A stretch of DNA of 64,000 bases from an uncultured Verrucomicrobiae bacterium (lineage in GTDB: Bacteria; Verrucomicrobiota; Verrucomicrobiia; Chthoniobacterales; Chthoniobacteraceae). Location: contig CAVYKI010000009.1 in NCBI GenBank assembly GCA_963769025.1, positions 480,001 to 544,000 on the forward strand, given 5' to 3'. The translations under genes were made by a program, and so were the position numbers. Of the stretch, positions 10,148 through 22,133 are shown in pieces; the first letter of the stretch is position 1, and every line of letters begins with the position of its first letter. Below the pieces are notes generated by a model. The model did no database searches, was not told the origin of the DNA, and saw only the letters and a program-made list of their open reading frames with translations.

Positions 10148-11692
10148 CTACCTGGCTTGCGGGCGTCGCAGGCGTTTGTCGGTGACGTCGAGGCGGTACG
10201 TGATCTGGTTGTAGTCGTAGCGCGGCGTCGGGACGGCGTTTTTTACGAAGGTGTTCGTATAAGTGCCTTCGAAGTGGATGAAGCGACCATCCTCCTCGTC
10301 AAAGACCGCGTGATGCGCGACGCCGTAGAATGAGTAGTTGTCGTGCGTGACGATTTTCCGGGCATCGCGCCACGGGCCGAGCGGCGAGCCAGCCTCCGCG
10401 AACCAGGCCTCGCCGAGGAACGACGTGCCGCCTCGTTCGGTGAAAACGAGCACCCACTTCTTCAGGAATGCATTCCAGTTCACCGAGCCTTCGTGGACCG
10501 TGACGGCCTTGCCGCTCTCGATGTCCCGCACCTGCCAGCGCGCATCGGCCTCGGGGATTTGCTTCGCGGAAATCAGCATCCGTTCCTGCTCCGGCGTGAG
10601 CGGCGGGGCGTCGCGCGTCCATCGGTAAACGGGATGTCCTGCTTCGTCGCGCACGACGGGTGGTGCCTTGCCGTCGAGCGACGGGGTGGAGAGGCAAGTG
10701 AATGCCTCGTATGCGTCCGGGTCGATGATCGCCTCATAGGTCGCCTTCACCCGCACCATCGGCAGCGGAGTCTCGCCGCCGAAGTAGATGAAATCCCCAT
10801 CGGCATCCTTCACGCGCACGGCGTGACCTTTTGGGAACCGCCATTTTTCACCGGGCGGCAGTTCCTTGATTCGTTCAAATTTTGACGCCTCGTCATCGAA
10901 AACGCCAAGACCGTGCGAGAGGCGAGTGCCGAGATCTTTCATCCGCGAGTAATGCGCGACGAGGCGCTCGCGGCCCGCGGCATCGCGCACGCTGATCAGG
11001 CCGTCGGTCCACACGGGTCCGGGTTCGCCGAGTTGCCACATCGGGCGGCTGAACCCGTCGCTGCCGGTGAAATACGTGAGGTCCACGCCTTTCGCCGGAG
11101 GCAATCCTCCATGGCCGGGCATTTCCGAAGTCGCGCCCGCAGTGCCGAAGTGGCCGAGCGGGTAGCGCACGCGGTTCGTGTCGCCCCAGAGCCAGAGGAG
11201 TTTCCCGCGGTACTCAGCGCATTGCACGGAATCCTGCCCCGCGACGTGTGCATTCAGCAGTGGTTCGCGCAGCGGCGCGGGTTCACCGGCGAGCACGCTG
11301 TCGCGGTAGATGCCCTCGCCGGTCGTCCGGTACATGCGCTCGGCGATGTTCTTCCGGGGCAGTTTGATTTCGGCGCGGCCGCCGGGCGTGGGCGTGAGCG
11401 CGATTCCCGCATTTCCAAAGCCGTCCCTTGGGTATTCGTAGCCGTGGCTGCGCACGGAAAAATACACCGGCGTATCCATCAGGCCCGGCTCGTGGAATGC
11501 GACGATGCCTGCGCTGTCGGTCACAAAAACCGTCTGACTCACCGTGCGCAATTCGACGAGCGGCACGCCGCGCCCGGTCTCCGGGTCCACAACCTTGATC
11601 AGGAAATATGGCGTTGCGGCGTGGGATCCGACGGCGAGCAGCGCGAGCACAATCACGGTCAGCATTCGGATGCGGCGGGGAAGGGGATTCAT
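10148..11692 (-). CDS. Secreted hypothetical protein (N-terminal beta-sandwich plus probable beta-propeller, DUF4185-like)
   Basis: 514-aa ORF with signal peptide; VVDPETGRGVPLVEL, WGDTN and GSVNWN..LKKWV motifs seen in PVC hypotheticals. Confidence 0.6.
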   Translation of the reverse strand: MNPLPRRIRMLTVIVLALLAVGSHAATPYFLIKVVDPETGRGVPLVELRTVSQTVFVTDSAGIVAFHEPGLMDTPVYFSVRSHGYEYPRDGFGNAGIALTPTPGGRAEIKLPRKNIAERMYRTTGEGIYRDSVLAGEPAPLREPLLNAHVAGQDSVQCAEYRGKLLWLWGDTNRVRYPLGHFGTAGATSEMPGHGGLPPAKGVDLTYFTGSDGFSRPMWQLGEPGPVWTDGLISVRDAAGRERLVAHYSRMKDLGTRLSHGLGVFDDEASKFERIKELPPGEKWRFPKGHAVRVKDADGDFIYFGGETPLPMVRVKATYEAIIDPDAYEAFTCLSTPSLDGKAPPVVRDEAGHPVYRWTRDAPPLTPEQERMLISAKQIPEADARWQVRDIESGKAVTVHEGSVNWNAFLKKWVLVFTERGGTSFLGEAWFAEAGSPLGPWRDARKIVTHDNYSFYGVAHHAVFDEEDGRFIHFEGTYTNTFVKNAVPTPRYDYNQITYRLDVTDKRLRRPQAR

Positions 11693-11755
11693 TTCGTTCC
11701 GGTGCGAGTCTCCCCGGGCATCATCGCCAGGCCAGCACGCAGTTCTCGAGAGGCC

Positions 11756-12655
11756 TCAATATTCCGTGCGAAGTGCGACGGGGTTCGCCTTGAGCTTTGC
11801 CCGGGTGCGGATGTTCAGCATCTCGACGACGAATGAAAATGCCATCGCGGCATACACGTAGCCCTTCGGCACCTCATGGCCGAAGCCGTCGGCCATCAGC
11901 ACAAAACCGACGAGGATCAGGAACGACAGGGCGAGCATTTTGATCGTCGGATGCCGGTTCACGAAGTCGCTGATGCTCTTCGCCGCCGCGAGCATGACCA
12001 TCATCGAGATGACAATCGCGAGCACCATGATGGTCATGTTCCCGCCGCCGTGCATCGGCGGCTTTGCCGGCGCGAGCGCGGACTTCGCCTGTGCGAAGGC
12101 CTCCGCGGCAGCGGGGGGCACGGTCCCGAGCGCGGCCCCGAGCGACTCCAGCGCCTGTCGCGCGGCGACGATGTGACCCGGCTCGCTGTGCGTCGCGCCG
12201 CCCACGAGGCCGACGGCGGTGATGACCGAGTCGAGCGAAAACAGGATATCCACGAAGATGATCGTGACGATGATGTTTGTGAGCTTCGGCGCCACGCTGA
12301 GTCCCTTTTCATGCTCGGCTCCTTCGAGGGAGTGGTGGATTTCCTTCACGCTTTTCCAAATGAGGAAGAAGCCGCCGAGCAGCATGACGAGGTCTTTGCC
12401 GGAGAAGCCGTGACCGAACAACGCGAAGAGCGGATGCACGAGCTTGGTGAGCAGGAAGATGAGGCTCAGCAGGATGATTCGCATCACGAGCGCAAGCATC
12501 AGGCCGATGTTCCTCGCCTTGGCCTGCTGTTCTGGCGGAAGTTTCCCGGCGAGGATGGAGATGAAGATGATGTTGTCCACGCCGAGGACGATCTCGAGGA
12601 TGGTGAGGGTGAGCAGGCTCACCCAAGCGTTCGGGTCTGCGATCCATTCAAACAT
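11756..12655 (-). CDS. TerC family integral membrane protein
   Basis: LTILEIVLGVDNIIFISIL, DILFSLDSVITAVG, HPTIKMLALSFL, PKGYVY.AMAFS..VE.LN. Confidence 0.93.
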   Translation of the reverse strand: MFEWIADPNAWVSLLTLTILEIVLGVDNIIFISILAGKLPPEQQAKARNIGLMLALVMRIILLSLIFLLTKLVHPLFALFGHGFSGKDLVMLLGGFFLIWKSVKEIHHSLEGAEHEKGLSVAPKLTNIIVTIIFVDILFSLDSVITAVGLVGGATHSEPGHIVAARQALESLGAALGTVPPAAAEAFAQAKSALAPAKPPMHGGGNMTIMVLAIVISMMVMLAAAKSISDFVNRHPTIKMLALSFLILVGFVLMADGFGHEVPKGYVYAAMAFSFVVEMLNIRTRAKLKANPVALRTEY

Positions 12656-12739
12656 GGCGCGGAGAAAAGCGGAGCGCGCGCAGGAGTAAAGTGAAAGCGG
12701 CTGGACGGATGCCGGGCCTTCCGCCAATGCACTCCGGAA

Positions 12740-13273
12740 ATGACCCAGCCCGCCGTATTCCTCGATCGCGATGGAACGCTGATGCACGAGGTGAACTACT
12801 GCCGCGACCCGGCGGATGTGCGCCTGGTGGATGGTGCGGCTGATGCGCTGAGGCGTTTGAAATCCGCGGGGTTCCGGCTCGTGATCGTCACGAACCAGAG
12901 CGGCATCGCGCGTGGGTTGCTGACGGAGGCTGACTTTCACGCCGTGCAGGAGCGGCTGCTGGAACTGCTGGGCGAGGGGATCATCGAAGCGACCTACATG
13001 TGCCCCGATGGACCGGGAGGGGAATCCGGCCGGCGAAAGCCTTCGCCGGCGATGGTGCTGGAGGCGGCGCGCGATCTCGGGCTCGACCTCGCGCGGTCGT
13101 GGTTCGTCGGGGACAAGGACATTGACGTGCAATGCGGCCTCGCGGCGGGGACGCGCGCCATGCTCGTCCGCACCGGGCACGGGAGCGATGCGGACCCGGC
13201 GGGCGCGCACTTTGTCGCCAAAGACATTGCCAGCGCAGCCGACTTCATTCTATCCGATTCGGGTGCCAGCTAA
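12740..13273 (+). CDS. gmhB: D-glycero-D-manno-heptose 1,7-bisphosphate phosphatase (HAD IIIA)
   Basis: AVFLDRDGTL, VTNQSGIARG, RKPSP.M, FVGD..ID. Confidence 0.85.
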   Translation: MTQPAVFLDRDGTLMHEVNYCRDPADVRLVDGAADALRRLKSAGFRLVIVTNQSGIARGLLTEADFHAVQERLLELLGEGIIEATYMCPDGPGGESGRRKPSPAMVLEAARDLGLDLARSWFVGDKDIDVQCGLAAGTRAMLVRTGHGSDADPAGAHFVAKDIASAADFILSDSGAS

Positions 13274-13997
13274 GATCGCCGTCGTCATCCCCGCCCGCTA
13301 CGCCTCGACCCGCTTCCCCGGGAAGCCGCTCTTCCCCCTCGCCGGAAAGCCGATGATCCAGCACGTCTGGGAGCGCTGCTCCCGCGCGAAGGGCGTCGAG
13401 AAGGTCATCATCGCGACGGAGGACATGCGCATCGCCGAGGCGGCATTCGATTTCGGCGCGGAGATCGCGCTGACCTCGGAAAAGTGCGTCAGCGGCACGG
13501 ACCGGGTCGCCGAAGTGGCCCGCAACCTCAAGGGCTTCACGCACGTCATCAACGTCCAGGGCGACGAACCGCTCGTGGATCCCGGCACCGTCACGAAGCT
13601 CGCGAAAGCCATGGCCGGATCGCGCGACATCCAGATGATCACCTCCGCCAGCGTCTTTGAGCCCGGCGACGACGTCGCGAATCCGAACGCCGTGAAGGTC
13701 GTCGTCGATCGCAATGGCGACGCACTCTACTTCTCCCGCTCGCCGATTCCTTTTGTGCGCAACGAAACGCCGGGCCTCAAATTCTACCGGCACCAGGGCA
13801 TCTACGGCTACACGCTGAAGCTGCTCTTCCAGTTCGTGAAATGGAAGCCGACGCTCCTCGAACGCGCCGAATCGCTCGAACAGCTCCGCGCGCTGGAGAA
13901 CGGCGTGAAAATCCGTGTCATTTTCGTAAAACACCTCAGCGTCGGCGTGGACACACCGGCCGATGCGGCGGAGGTCACTCCACTCCTTTCCAAGTAA
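13263..13997 (+). CDS. kdsB: 3-deoxy-manno-octulosonate cytidylyltransferase
   Basis: VIPARYASTRFPGKPL, SGTDR, NVQGDEP, ALYFSRSPIP, ESLEQLRALE; GTG start overlaps the gmhB end. Confidence 0.95.
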   Translation: MPAKIAVVIPARYASTRFPGKPLFPLAGKPMIQHVWERCSRAKGVEKVIIATEDMRIAEAAFDFGAEIALTSEKCVSGTDRVAEVARNLKGFTHVINVQGDEPLVDPGTVTKLAKAMAGSRDIQMITSASVFEPGDDVANPNAVKVVVDRNGDALYFSRSPIPFVRNETPGLKFYRHQGIYGYTLKLLFQFVKWKPTLLERAESLEQLRALENGVKIRVIFVKHLSVGVDTPADAAEVTPLLSK

Positions 13998-14012
13998 AGC
14001 GCACATTTTTTC

Positions 14013-15614
14013 ATGAAATACATTTTCGTCACCGGCGGCGTCGTCAGTTCACTCGGCAAGGGCATCGCCGCGGCATCGCTCGGCACGTTGCTCGAGCACC
14101 GCGGGCTGAAGGTCACCATGCAGAAGTTCGACCCGTATCTCAACGTCGATCCCGGCACGATGAATCCCTTCGAGCACGGCGAGGTGTATGTGCTCGATGA
14201 CGGCGCCGAGACCGACCTCGACCTCGGCCACTACGAGCGCTTCACGAACTGCGTCCTCACCCGCGCGAACAACACCACCAGCGGGCAGATCTACGAGACC
14301 GTCCTCGCGAAGGAGCGCGCGCGGCGATTATCTCGGCAAGACCGTGCAGGTCATCCCGCACGTCACCGATGAGATCAAGGCGCGCATCCGCAACCTCGCC
14401 GCCGAGCAGCCGTGCGACGTGCTCATCACGGAAATCGGCGGCACCATCGGCGACATCGAGGGGCTGCCCGTTTCTCGAGGCCATCCGGCAGTTCATCCTC
14501 GAGGTCGGCGACGCAGAACGCGATGATCATGCACGTCACGCTCGTCCCGTTCATCAAGGCCGCCGGCGAGCTGAAGACCAAGCCTTCGCAGCAGAGCATC
14601 GCCAAGCTCCGCGAGATCGGCCTGCACCCGCGACGTGCTCATCGCCGCACCGAGCATCCGCTCAACGACGAGGTCCGCAAAAAGCTCTCCATCTTTTGCA
14701 ACGTGCCGCTCAATGCCGTCGTCGAGGGCCGCGACGTCGAGCACACCATCTACCGCGTGCCGCTCATGCTCCAGCAGGAGAAGCTCGACGACATCGTCTG
14801 CGAGCGGCTCGGGCTGAACGTGCCGCCCGCGAACATGACCGACTGGGAGCAATTCGTGAAGCGCCTCGTGAACCCGAAGAAGCGCGTCCGCATCGCCATC
14901 GTCGGCAAATACATCGACCACAAGGACGCCTACAAGAGCATCTACGAATCCATCACCCACGCCGCCGCCTCGCTCGATTGCGGGCCCGAGATCATCGAGG
15001 TGGATGCCGAGGTTCTCGAGACCGAGGACCCCGCGAAGCATCTGCACAACTACGCCGGCATCCTCGTCCCCGGCGGCTTCGGCGAACGCGGCATCGAGGG
15101 CAAAATCGCCGCCGCCACTTCGCCCGGAGCACAACGTGCCCTACCTCGGCCTCTGCCTCGGCATGCAGATCGCCACCATCGAATTTGCGCGCAACGTCTC
15201 GGCCTCGCGAAGGCCAACAGCACGGAGTTCGACCCGAAGTCGCCCGACCCCGTCATCGACCTCCTGCCCGAGCAGAAGAAGGTGAAGGACAAGGGCGCCA
15301 CCATGCGCCTCGGCACCTGGCCCACCCTGCTGAAGGCCGGCACCCGCGCACAGCAGCTCTACGGCGTGCACGAGATCCGCGAACGCCACCGCCACCGCTA
15401 CGAATTCAACCAGGACTACCGCGAGCAGATGGAAGCCGCCGGCTTCATCATCGCCGGCACCTCACCCGACGGACGCCTCGTCGAGATCATCGAGCTGCGC
15501 GACCACCCGTGGTTTCTCGCCTGCCAGTACCACCCCGAATTCAAGAGCAAGCCCAACGCCCCGCACCCGCTCTTCAAGGGCTTCCTCTCCGCCTGCCTCG
15601 CGCACGAGCAGTAG
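14013..15614 (+). CDS. pyrG: CTP synthase (several 1-nt indels, probably sequencing errors)
   Basis: [75 protein letters not shown] spread across frames. Confidence 0.95.
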
Positions 15615-15665
15615 GCCGGCGCCGCAGGATAGCCCCGCATCCCGGTTCGGGTTAACGGAACAATA

Positions 15666-16640
<975 letters not shown>

Positions 16641-16726
16641 GCGCGGATGAAAGGCGGTCGCATCGCGTGCGGCAAGGAAGTCCTCGCGGTAGCCGCCGAG
16701 GGAACGAGGCGGGGACACAATCGAAC

Positions 16727-16811
16727 GCGGAGTGCGGAATGCGGAACGCGGAAAATGGTAGCCGTCCGCGTGCCTCTTCCTGTTCGCATTCGGCATCCCA
16801 CATAATGCATT
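16727..16811. repeat. Intergenic heptamer tandem repeat (GCGGAAT-like x4) with a degenerate inverted partner
   Basis: GCGGAGT-GCGGAAT-GCGGAAC-GCGGAAA at 16727-16754; complementary TCGCAT/TCGGCAT/CCCACAT/AATGCAT units at about 16783-16811. Confidence 0.75.
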
Positions 16812-16897
16812 TCGATCGGCCCGCCTCGTTCCCTCGGCGGCTGCGTGCGAAAGCGTGCTTGGCAGCGCGCGAGGGCTGCGCGAATGAATCGCGACCG

Positions 16898-17869
16898 ATG
16901 AAAGCAATCGTCTTCCTCACCGCCGCGCTGTTTTCCGGAATGGTTTCCGCGACGGCAGCGGCGAATGCCGCGGAGGTTCCGGAGCATGCCCCCGAGGCGG
17001 GGAAAGCGTCGCCGCCGAGGCAGCCGGAGCGCGGGCCGGGCGGGGCGGAGTATCCGCACCGGGGGATTCGGCAGACGGAGCACGGCGAGGGCGGGAGGCA
17101 ATTCTGGATCATCGAACCGGCGCAGCCCGCTCCGAAGAGCGCGCCGCTGATCATTTTCATCCACGGCTGGAGCGCGACGACGCCGGACACGTATCGCGGG
17201 TGGATCAACCACCTCTCGAAGCGCGGGAATGTCGTCGTGTACCCGCGGTATCAGGAACGGCTGTTCACTCCGGCGGGGGAATATTTTCCGAACGTGGTCG
17301 CATCCGTCCGCCACGCGCTCGCTGTGCTGAAGCAGCCCGGGCACGTGGCGCCGGATCTCAGCCGGGTGGCGCTGGTGGGGCATTCGGTCGGTGGCGTGCA
17401 GGTGGTGAATTACGCGGCGTCGGCGGGCGCGGAAGGACTCCCGGTTCCGAAGGCGGCGATGAGCGTGCAGCCGGGGCAGGGCTCGGTGCGCGGACCCAAG
17501 CTGGTGCCGATGCGCGACGCCGGGACGATCCCGGCGGACACCAAACTGCTGGTGATGATCGGCGACGCGGACGGAATGGTGGGCTCGGCGTGCGCGCGAA
17601 CCATCTGGCGCGGCACGAAGCATGTGAGCGACCGGGCATTCATCACGATGCAGAGCGACGCGCACGGCTCGCCCCCGCTGAACGCGAACCATCTCGCGCC
17701 GATCAGCTGGAACCGCGCAGCCATCGACGCGCTCGACTGGCTCGGGTTCTGGAGGACGTTCGACTCGCTGATGGATGCCGCATTTTCCGGAAAGCCGCTC
17801 GCGGTGGAGGCGAACATGGGCACCTGGAGCGACGGGACGCCGGTGAAGCCGCTGAAGGTTGAAAGGTAG
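16898..17869 (+). CDS. Secreted alpha/beta hydrolase (chlorophyllase-like)
   Basis: Signal peptide; IFIHGW, HL...[15 protein letters not shown] nucleophile elbow. Confidence 0.8.
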   Translation: MKAIVFLTAALFSGMVSATAAANAAEVPEHAPEAGKASPPRQPERGPGGAEYPHRGIRQTEHGEGGRQFWIIEPAQPAPKSAPLIIFIHGWSATTPDTYRGWINHLSKRGNVVVYPRYQERLFTPAGEYFPNVVASVRHALAVLKQPGHVAPDLSRVALVGHSVGGVQVVNYAASAGAEGLPVPKAAMSVQPGQGSVRGPKLVPMRDAGTIPADTKLLVMIGDADGMVGSACARTIWRGTKHVSDRAFITMQSDAHGSPPLNANHLAPISWNRAAIDALDWLGFWRTFDSLMDAAFSGKPLAVEANMGTWSDGTPVKPLKVER

Positions 17870-17891
17870 GGCCCTTCCGCCGGAAGGGCCC
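17869..17891. terminator. GC-rich hairpin between convergent genes
   Basis: GGGCCCTTCC-gcc-GGAAGGGCCC perfect 10-bp inverted repeat at the stop of the hydrolase; no clear U-tract. Confidence 0.5.
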
Positions 17892-17941
17892 GCGCATCCA
17901 ACGGCGACGCGGAAGAAGTGGGCGCTTTCGGCGAAAGCGCC

Positions 17942-20900
17942 CTACCAGTCGCAGAGCGATTCGACGTAGGCTGCGGAGCCGTCGCGGAGCCAGCCGTCGA
18001 GCTGCGCCTGTTCCTTGAGCTGCTGCCCGCGGAGGCGCGGGACGACGAGGAACTTCGTGTTGATCTCCGGCAGCGCGGAGAGATCGCCCCACAGCTTTTC
18101 AAACTGCGCGACGGGGAAGACGTCCTCCTGTCCGTGGCCCCAGCGCTTTTTGACGTCCTTGAGCGTGATGTAGGTCGGCACGCGCGCGGCGAGGCTGCGG
18201 ATGGCGGCGATGACTTTGGGTTCGTTGTCGAGGTCGGCGCGCGTGAGGCCGAAGGCAGTCAACAGGCCGTCCACGTCGATCCATGTCGTGAGCGTGTTGT
18301 AGTAGGTCAGGCCGAACTCGAGTTCCTCGCGCGGCATCGCGAGTCCCTCGACGAGGCGCGGGCGGCCGTCCACTCGGGCGAGGCCGCCGCCGCGATCTTC
18401 GAGGCGGCGCGTGATGACCTCGAAGCTCAGCGTCGCGCCACTTTCGAGATGCCGGCCGAGGATTGCGGGGTCGAGATTCGCGCCGGCGGTGTCGATGTTG
18501 TGGAGCATCAGCGTCTTCAACTGCGGACGCTCGCGGAGCAGCGCGGCGAGGGTGCCGTTGCGCAGGAGATTCGGGATTTCGTAAAAATGCCCGATGGGAT
18601 GCATGCATTGAAGCGGGAGATTGTCGCGGTAGTCCGTCGTCTCACCGGCGCCCTCGGCCCAGCGCACGAGCGCGGCGCGCAGCGAGTCGCGGACTTTCTG
18701 CTGCTGCTCGTCGAGCACCTGCTGCGGCATCTCCTCCCACGCAAAGCGCAGGTCGCGCGCTGCGGGAACCATGCGCAGGCCGACGCTGCGGCCGCGGCTG
18801 AGGATGAGCGGGCCTTCGTAGCCGTAGTTTTTCCGCGCGGCGAGGATCGCGGAGATGGGGCCGTGAGTGAGGTAGCTCGTCGTGAAAATGTGCGGCACCG
18901 GCGCGCCAGACTCGCGCGAGATGCGGCGCGATTTGGCGAGGTGCGCTTCGAGGAAGGTGCGATGTCGGCCGCCGAGCTTGCAGAAGGGATGCAGCGACTT
19001 CACGACGCCTGCGCCCTGTGTCCAGCGGCTCGCGGCACCGGCGGCGAGGCTGACGACTGCGGCTTCGCCATTGCGGAGGGCGGCGAGTCCGCGGGCGGCG
19101 GAATCGTAGGGCGCGGTGCAGTCGGTGACATCGCCCGGTGCGGCGTCCTCGATCACGGCGGTGGCCGGCAGGCGGTTTTGCGCGAGGCCGATGCGGCCGG
19201 ATTTCAGGTCGCCGCGGATTTGCTCGTGCGCCTCGCGGTCAAAGCCGTTTTCGACGAGCAGTTCGTCGAGATTTTTTCCGCTTCCGCGTTCCTCGGCGGC
19301 GCGGGGAATCAGCGAATGGAAAAGTTCCTGCACCACGTCGCGCAGGCTTGGCTCGGTGCGGCACGCGGTCGCGAAGCTGTCGAGCTCGGCGCGACGCGCG
19401 TGGGTGAGTGTTTTCGGATCCTGGCGGAGCAGCTTTGGCGCGAGGAGAAGGTAGTAGGCTTTCGGCATCAGCGGCGCGCGATCGCCGCCGTCGAGGAGAT
19501 CGGCGAAGGTGCCGTTTTCGTTGATCGTGAAATCGTACACGACCGGCTCCATCGCGAAGGGGAGCGAGGCGGCGAGTTCCTTCTTCGTCGCGCTCATGAT
19601 GGCCTGCAGGCGGTCCTGCGCCTCGGCCTTGCGGTGCGGGGCAAAGATGAATCCCATGCCGCCGCCGCTCATGCCGCCGAGCATCCAGAAGCCCCAGAAG
19701 TCGCCGCCAAATTCCGCGCGCACGGCTTCGATGAGCCGCTCGGTGTAGTGCGTCGAGGCCCACGGGATGATCGCCTGGATCGGGCCGGAAAAATTCTGCG
19801 TGGTAATTTCGCCGACGCGTTTGATGTCACCCTTGCGCAGCGCATCGAGGATCTGATCGAGAAAGCTGAGCGCCTCCTGCCGGCCTTGCCATTCGGCGGC
19901 GCAGCGCAGCAGGTATTTCTCCGTCACCATTTCCAGGATGGGGCCGACGTTTTGCGCCATGCCTCCGTGGACGACGACGAGCGAATCCTGCAACGCCTTG
20001 CGCGCCGAGTCGGGGATTTCGTCGCGCGTGAAAACGCGGTGCTCGGGCATCAGGCGGCCGCGCGAGATGCCGTGCTCGGGATCGCCGGGCGACGAGGCGA
20101 CGCCTTCGATCAATTTGATCCCCGGCCACACGCCGCCGCTGTCCTGCCAGCCGCCGCCGCTGCCGCCGATCCATTCGCCGAGCAGCGCGCGCGCGAGCAC
20201 GAGCCGGCGTTCGCTTTCGCGCGAGCGGGCCGGTGAGCGACTCGGCCTGGCCGGTCGCGCGCATGAGCACGGAGATGAGCGCGGCGAGGAGATTGGTGGA
20301 CACCGCGAGGCGCGAGCCTTTCGGGATGTCGTTCACGCTGGAGACGAGTTCGAGGCCGCGCCCGGGACCGAGCATCTGCGCGAGGAGATCGCCGAGCGAC
20401 TGTCCGCTGCCCTCGATGCCGGGCGGCACGACGCCGCTGGCAATCACTGCGGCTTTCAGCAGGCCGAGGTAGTCCTTTGCAAAATCGAACACCTCGCTGA
20501 GCGACGAGATGTCCGCGCTCGCGCCGAGGTCCACCGAGACGAGGCGCAGCACCGGCTCGTCGATCACGCGGAGCCACGCGCTGACGGGCGGCTTTGTCTC
20601 CGAGTCGCGACCATGGACGCCGAGGTCCACGGAGATGTTCAGCACGCGCGCGCCCTCGGGATAGTCCATGCCGAGGAAGAAGATGTCGCTCCACGCGGAG
20701 TGCGTGAGATCCATGCGCACGGGCGTCTGCTCGCGGAGGATGGGATGCGATCCGTCGGCGCCGGTGTGCAGCAGTTCGGGGCGGATGCGGAGCGGCTGAT
20801 CCTTCGGATGGCCCATGCGAAACATCCATTGGTTCCCGCGCACCTGACGCACGCTGCGGCGGACCTGATCGGCGAGCGTCTGAAAGGCGAGCCGGTGATA

Positions 20901-21271
20901 TGCGGATGCGAGCGCCGATGAGAGCGCATCCGACGGGCCGTCGGACTTTTGGGCCGCGGTGAAAAGCTCGATCGCGTCCTCGAAGCGTCGCTGCGAGCAG
21001 ATGCTCGTAGCCGTGGAACGGGATGATGCCGCCCTTTCTCAGCTCCGGTCTGCGATGGGAGATGGAAGCGATGGATCGCGTGGAGGAAAAACAGTGCGCG
21101 GACCCGCTCGTAGAGATTGCGCGATTCGCGGCGGAATGCGTCGAGCGCGTCGCACTCCGCGAGGAGTTCGGTGAAGGTCGCGGCGGTGCAGAGGTCGTCG
21201 AGCGAACGGTCGCGCGTCGCCGCGTCGGGCGAGGTGATGAGTGCGATCAATGAAGCGGGGCCGGTGGACAT
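17942..21271 (-). CDS. ~1100-aa fusion of a GHMP-type sugar kinase and a UDP-sugar pyrophosphorylase-like nucleotidyltransferase (frameshifted near 21040-20990 and 20225)
   Basis: ORF pieces 20639-21271, 19827-20852 and 17942-20200 join. Kinase motifs [31 protein letters not shown]; pyrophosphorylase motifs [24 protein letters not shown]. Confidence 0.75.
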
Positions 21272-21274
21272 GGG

Positions 21275-22133
21275 CTACTTCGCGGGTGGGCGACCGGTGG
21301 CGAGGAGTTCGACGATGCCGCGGAGGACTTCGTCGCGGTCGCGGCCTTCGAGCGCGAGCGCGAGCTGCGCGGTGAGCAGGCCGTATTTCACGCCGAAGTC
21401 GTAGCGGCGCCCGGCGAGCTCCACGGCGAGGTATCGCTCGTGCTCGGCGAGTTGCGCGAGTGCGGCGCGCAGGTGGATTGCATTCTCGCGTCCCTCCGCC
21501 TTTTTCAGCAACTCCGCGAGGAAGCGATGCACTGACGGCGTGAGGACGTGCATGCCGAAAAAGCACAGGTAGTATCCCGCGCGCAGGCCGGGGACGGTGA
21601 TTTGCTGCTCGGCCTCGGTGGGCGTCGGTTTTTCGAGGACTGTGTCCACCTGGTAGAGATGGCGTGCGGCGTCCACGAGCTTGCCACCGACGGCACCGTA
21701 GTAGGGGAGCTTGCTTTCGTGCGTGACTCTGGACGGCGGAGACGGCACAATTTTCCGCGCGCGCGATGGCCACGAGCTGCTCCGCGCAGCCTTGTCCGGT
21801 GTGCGAGAGGTAAAGGTGATCGCCGACGAGCAGCAGGAACGCGTCATTTCCGCAGAACGCAGCCGCGCAGGCGACCGCGTGCGCATAGCCGAGCGGCTTC
21901 GTCTGCTCGATGAAAGTAAGCCGCGGTGCGTGCTGTCCCGCCGCCGCGCGGAACGCCGCCTCGTCGCCGGGCGAAATCACGATGGCGATTTGCTCGATGC
22001 CTGCGCGGAGGACTTCCTCGATGATGATGGCGAGCGCGCTCTTGGTGACGCCTTCGCGGTCCACGAGAGTTTGGAGGGGGAGTCCGCGCTGGCCCTTGCC
22101 TGCGGCGGTGATGACAGCTTTTCGGAGATCCAT
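21275..22133 (-). CDS. GalU/GalF-like sugar-phosphate nucleotidyltransferase (one frameshift near 21727)
   Basis: [44 protein letters not shown]. Confidence 0.8.

Noticed and set aside
12656..12739. yybP-ykoY manganese riboswitch upstream of TerC
   Set aside because: The intergenic region is only 84 bp, is shared with divergent gmhB, and shows no recognisable conserved motif
14013..15614. Frameshifted pyrG as a pseudogene or programmed frameshift
   Set aside because: The gene is essential, all motifs are intact, the scattered 1-nt indels lack slippery sites, and the same pattern appears in unrelated genes. This fits long-read consensus error.
12740..15614. Absence of kdsA after kdsB-pyrG
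   Set aside because: A simple rearrangement; kdsA is likely elsewhere in the genome and this cannot be judged from the window
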